A program made the translations under genes and the position numbers. A stretch of 64,000 nt of DNA from an uncultured bacterium. Lineage in GTDB: Bacteria; Verrucomicrobiota; Kiritimatiellia; RFP12; UBA1067. The notes beneath the pieces are model-generated. The model was not told the origin of the DNA. It did not search any database and saw nothing but the letters and a program-made list of their open reading frames with translations. This document shows, piece by piece, positions 61,676-64,000 of this stretch. The stretch is taken from assembly GCA_902800055.1 (NCBI GenBank), contig CADCCW010000007.1, positions 3,788 through 67,787 on the forward strand, given 5' to 3'. Positions within the stretch are counted from its first letter, which is position 1. Each line of letters starts with the position of its first letter.

Positions 61676-62440
61676 CTACTTGAAGATGTCCATGGGGCTC
61701 GTCGCGCTCGCGGTGGCGCGGGAGGAGGGCGGACCGGCCTTGAGCGCAATTTCGGCGGCCTGGACGGCGAGGCCGAACGCCTTCGCCATCGCCACCGGGT
61801 CGTCCGCCGCGGCGACCGCGGTGTTGGCGAGGACGGCGTCAGCGCCGAGCTCGATCGCCTCGGCGGCGTGGGAGGGGAGGCCGATGCCGGCGTCGACGAC
61901 GACGGGCACGTGGCTCTGCTCGACGATGATCTCGATCATGTCGCGGGTGCGGATGCCGCGGTTGGAGCCGATGGGGCTGCCGAGCGGCATCACCGCCGCG
62001 GCGCCGGCGTCCTCGCAGTGGCGCGCCAGGACGGGGTCGGCGTTGATGTAGGGGAGGACGACCATCCCGAGCTTCGCGCATTCCCTCACCGCCTCCAGCG
62101 TCTCGACCGGGTCGGGCAGCAGGTAGCGCGCGTCGGGGTGGACCTCGATCTTGATCCAGTTGTAGCCGGCGGCCTTGCCAAGCTTGGCGATGCGCACGGC
62201 CTCGGCTGCGTTGCGCGCGCCGGAGGTGTTGAGCATCACCTCGACCTTCGAGCGGTCGATGACGCCGAGGATGTCGTCGTGCGCGGCGTCGTCCTCGTGG
62301 ACGCGCGTGAGCGCGGTGGTGACGAGCTCGGTGCCGCTCGCCGCGATGGCGGCCTTCAGGAGCTCGCCCGAGGCGAACTTGCCCGTTCCCAGAAAGAAGC
62401 GGCTCGAGAACTTCCTGCCGCCGATGATTAGGTCTTTCAT
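61676..62440 (-). CDS. thiG: thiazole synthase
   Basis: LGTGKF, WIKIEVH (Schiff-base Lys context), VMPLGSPIGSNRGI. Confidence 0.93.
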   Translation of the reverse strand: MKDLIIGGRKFSSRFFLGTGKFASGELLKAAIAASGTELVTTALTRVHEDDAAHDDILGVIDRSKVEVMLNTSGARNAAEAVRIAKLGKAAGYNWIKIEVHPDARYLLPDPVETLEAVRECAKLGMVVLPYINADPVLARHCEDAGAAAVMPLGSPIGSNRGIRTRDMIEIIVEQSHVPVVVDAGIGLPSHAAEAIELGADAVLANTAVAAADDPVAMAKAFGLAVQAAEIALKAGPPSSRATASATSPMDIFK

Positions 62441-62462
62441 TTTTCTTTCCTTTCAAATTTGA

Positions 62463-62588
62463 TTTTTAACACAGAGGCACAGAGACTCAGAGACACAGAG
62501 TTAGAAGCTGGGGTTGCCACCCCAGACCCCGCGCCGAAGGCGCACTCAAAAACCTCTGTGCCTTTGTGCTTATGTGTCTCTTTGTTAT
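62463..62588. repeat. long imperfect hairpin built from CACAGAGN octamers with two internal GC hairpins
   Basis: Left arm is TTTTTAACACAGAGGCACAGAGACTCAGAGACACAGAG (62463-62500). Right arm is CCTCTGTGCCTTTGTGCTTATGTGTCTCTTTGTTAT (62553-62588). Inner hairpins are CTGGGGTTGCCACCCCAG (62508-62525) and GCGCCGAAGGCGC (62531-62543). Confidence 0.8.
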
Positions 62589-62635
62589 GACAAATCATTT
62601 GTGTAGGATCTCTATTGTCGTTTTAGGTTAAAGCG

Positions 62636-63010
62636 TTAGTTGACTATGCGCTTGAATCCGGAAATAAGTGTTTCCTTTCCGAAATTCACAAGCAGCCCCA
62701 AATGCAAATTCATGAGGCGAAGATATGTAAGAGTTTGAATTGCAAAGATCGGATTGTCTTTGTCTGTCGCTTTGCATTCGACAACGACACGCCCCTCCAC
62801 AAGCAGATCGATTCGCAGCGGATCGCCCACGACAACGCCCTTGTAGACTACCGGGACATGAACCTCCTTTTCGACCTTAAAACCTCTTTGTGCCAATTCG
62901 TAGGCAAGCGCATCTTGATACACTGACTCAAGCAATCCAGGACCCCCAAGCGTCCGATGCACAGTTATGGCCGCATCAAGCACCTCCTTGCTGATATCAT
63001 TATCTTCCAT
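62636..63010 (-). CDS. GxxExxY protein (PD-(D/E)XK nuclease fold family)
   Basis: 124 aa. GPGLLESVYQDALAYEL contains G-x-x-E-x-x-Y. Also RIDLLVEGRVVVECK. Much lower GC than its neighbours. Confidence 0.85.
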   Translation of the reverse strand: MEDNDISKEVLDAAITVHRTLGGPGLLESVYQDALAYELAQRGFKVEKEVHVPVVYKGVVVGDPLRIDLLVEGRVVVECKATDKDNPIFAIQTLTYLRLMNLHLGLLVNFGKETLISGFKRIVN

Positions 63011-63017
63011 TTCTGTT

Positions 63018-63054
63018 CTCTGTGCCTCCGTGTCTCTGTGTCTCTGTGTTAAAA
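63018..63054 (-). repeat. CACAGAGN-type repeat upstream of the GxxExxY gene
   Basis: Minus strand reads TTTTAACACAGAGACACAGAGACACGGAGGCACAGAG and runs into the SD/ATG of the GxxExxY gene. Confidence 0.8.
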
Positions 63055-63061
63055 TCTCTCT

Positions 63062-63658
63062 CTATATTTCCTCGCCCAGCAACATTGCGACGACGCTGTT
63101 GGCTTGCATTGCCGCGGCGATTCCGACCCGGGGCGAGGCGGGCGCGGCGCTTTCTCCGACGGCAGTCTCGCCGTCGCCGACGGCGACGATGTTCCCCATC
63201 TGCCTCACCTGCATTGCGTTCGACCGCCCCCAGCCAGCCAGCCCGCTTGCAGTGACGATCCGCTTGCCCGATGGCGCAAGCGCCGCGACAAGCATCGCCT
63301 TTGCCTCGACGACGTCGAATGCCTCGACCACGATGTCGCAGTTGGCGAAGGTTTCCCGCGCCGATGCCGCGTCTAGCCGCAGGTCGACGGAGCGGATGTC
63401 CGCGTCCGGGTCGATCCGGAGCAGGTTCGCCTTGAGCGCCTCTACCTTCTTGAGTCCAAGTTGGTCGCGGAAGAAGAACTGGCGGTTGAGGTTCGACTCG
63501 TTGACGACGTCGAAGTCGACGACGGTCAGGTTCCTTACGCCGGCGCGCACGAGGTGCATCGCGCAGTTGGAGCCGAGTCCGCCGGCGCCGGCGATCCCCA
63601 CTCGCGCTGCTTCAAGTACGGCGCGCTCGCTGGGGGTGAGATAGGTGTTTGCGGACAT
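63062..63658 (-). CDS. thiF: ThiF family adenylyltransferase (ThiS activation)
   Basis: GIAGAGGLGSN nucleotide-binding loop. 198 aa short ThiF/MoeB form. Adjacent to thiS. Confidence 0.85.
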   Translation of the reverse strand: MSANTYLTPSERAVLEAARVGIAGAGGLGSNCAMHLVRAGVRNLTVVDFDVVNESNLNRQFFFRDQLGLKKVEALKANLLRIDPDADIRSVDLRLDAASARETFANCDIVVEAFDVVEAKAMLVAALAPSGKRIVTASGLAGWGRSNAMQVRQMGNIVAVGDGETAVGESAAPASPRVGIAAAMQANSVVAMLLGEEI

Positions 63659-63659
63659 C

Positions 63660-63860
63660 TCAGCCTCCCGCCGTCAGCTTGAACACATCGAGCGCGGCGC
63701 CTTCAGCGAGAATTAGCGCCTGGAGGTCGGATCCAGGCGCATACACCTCGCCGCCGTATTCGACAATCGCCTTGGCCGGGTCCACGCCCCGCGCCGAGAG
63801 AAACTCGGCCACCGTCTTCGCCGTCGTCTCGACGGCCTCGCCTTGATAGACAATGTTCAT
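63660..63860 (-). CDS. thiS: sulfur carrier protein ThiS
   Basis: 66 aa with a C-terminal GG (…FKLTAGG*). Confidence 0.88.
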   Translation of the reverse strand: MNIVYQGEAVETTAKTVAEFLSARGVDPAKAIVEYGGEVYAPGSDLQALILAEGAALDVFKLTAGG

Positions 63861-63863
63861 CTG

Positions 63864-63950
63864 CTTCCTCCGCCGGCATTACCCGGATCAGGTTTTGCGG
63901 GTCTGTTCTCAGCCAAGACGCGCCCTGCGCCCCAGCACCCCGTCGTTAGA
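63864..63950 (-). promoter_or_regulatory. TPP (THI-box) riboswitch
   Basis: Minus strand reads ACGACGGGGTGCTGGGGC...GGCTGAGAACAGACCCGCAAAACCTGATCCGGGTAATGCCGGCGGAGGAAGCAGATG. It contains the conserved GGGGTGC, CTGAGA, ACCTGATC-GGTAATGCC blocks directly upstream of thiS. Confidence 0.9.
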
Positions 63951-63956
63951 TTGTGT

Positions 63957-63965
63957 ATTATATCA
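63957..63965 (-). promoter_or_regulatory. extended -10 promoter (TGATATAAT) of the thi operon
   Basis: Minus strand reads ATATGATATAATACACAATC, immediately 5' of the riboswitch. Confidence 0.55.
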
Positions 63966-64000
63966 TATTTCCTATGTCGGTAGATTGAGGAAACCAATTG

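Larger units (their letters stand above)
62463..63054 (-). mobile_element. candidate inserted cassette: GxxExxY gene bounded by inverted TTTTAACACAGAG... repeats
   Basis: The 62463-62500 arm and the reverse complement of 63018-63054 are imperfect inverted repeats. The cassette sits between thiF and thiG. No transposase is present. Confidence 0.35.

Overview
High-GC chromosomal segment from a diderm bacterium (lpxA, kdsB and TolC/MacAB-type efflux are present). Gene content and promoter style suggest a PVC-superphylum organism (Kiritimatiellota/Lentisphaerota-like), but that is low-confidence inference. Real genes lie on + from 1 to 54.8 kb, except one minus-strand RelE/antitoxin pair at 44.66-45.28 kb, and on - from 54.9 to 64 kb. 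Most long antisense or alternate-frame ORFs in the track are GC artefacts.

Housekeeping content: thrC, a TrmH-family methylase, lpxA, dnaX, fhs, an HtrA protease, purN, a GH29 fucosidase, a TolC/MacA/ABC efflux set, tRNA-Ala(CGC), a DUF2723 membrane protein, ilvE, recJ, an amgK/murU-like fusion, ligA, azlCD, kdsB, and a TPP-riboswitch-controlled thiS-thiF-thiG-thiH-thiC operon.

Accessory content:
- Four giant secreted lectin-like paralogs (P1-P4) plus a chimeric remnant.
- A KASIII-ACP-FkbH/GNAT-ACP cassette.
- Two type II toxin-antitoxin pairs.
- A GxxExxY nuclease-fold gene inserted in the thi operon.

Most unusual signals:
1. An ECF-type sigma factor ORF reads in frame, with no stop, through a repeat-laden leader into secreted paralog P4.
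2. A family of mosaic intergenic elements is built from 7-9 nt tandem repeats and headed by TTTTAACRC, and it recurs at P-family, thi and other loci. It includes a 13-unit octamer array between thiH and thiC and a roughly 73-nt hairpin repeat.
3. A strongly conserved TGGTATAAT extended -10 sits 6-9 nt before the ATG of many genes, which implies widespread leaderless mRNAs.
4. An uncharacterised 693-aa protein is coupled to the amgK/murU-like fusion.

All coordinates and motifs were read by eye. No database search was run.
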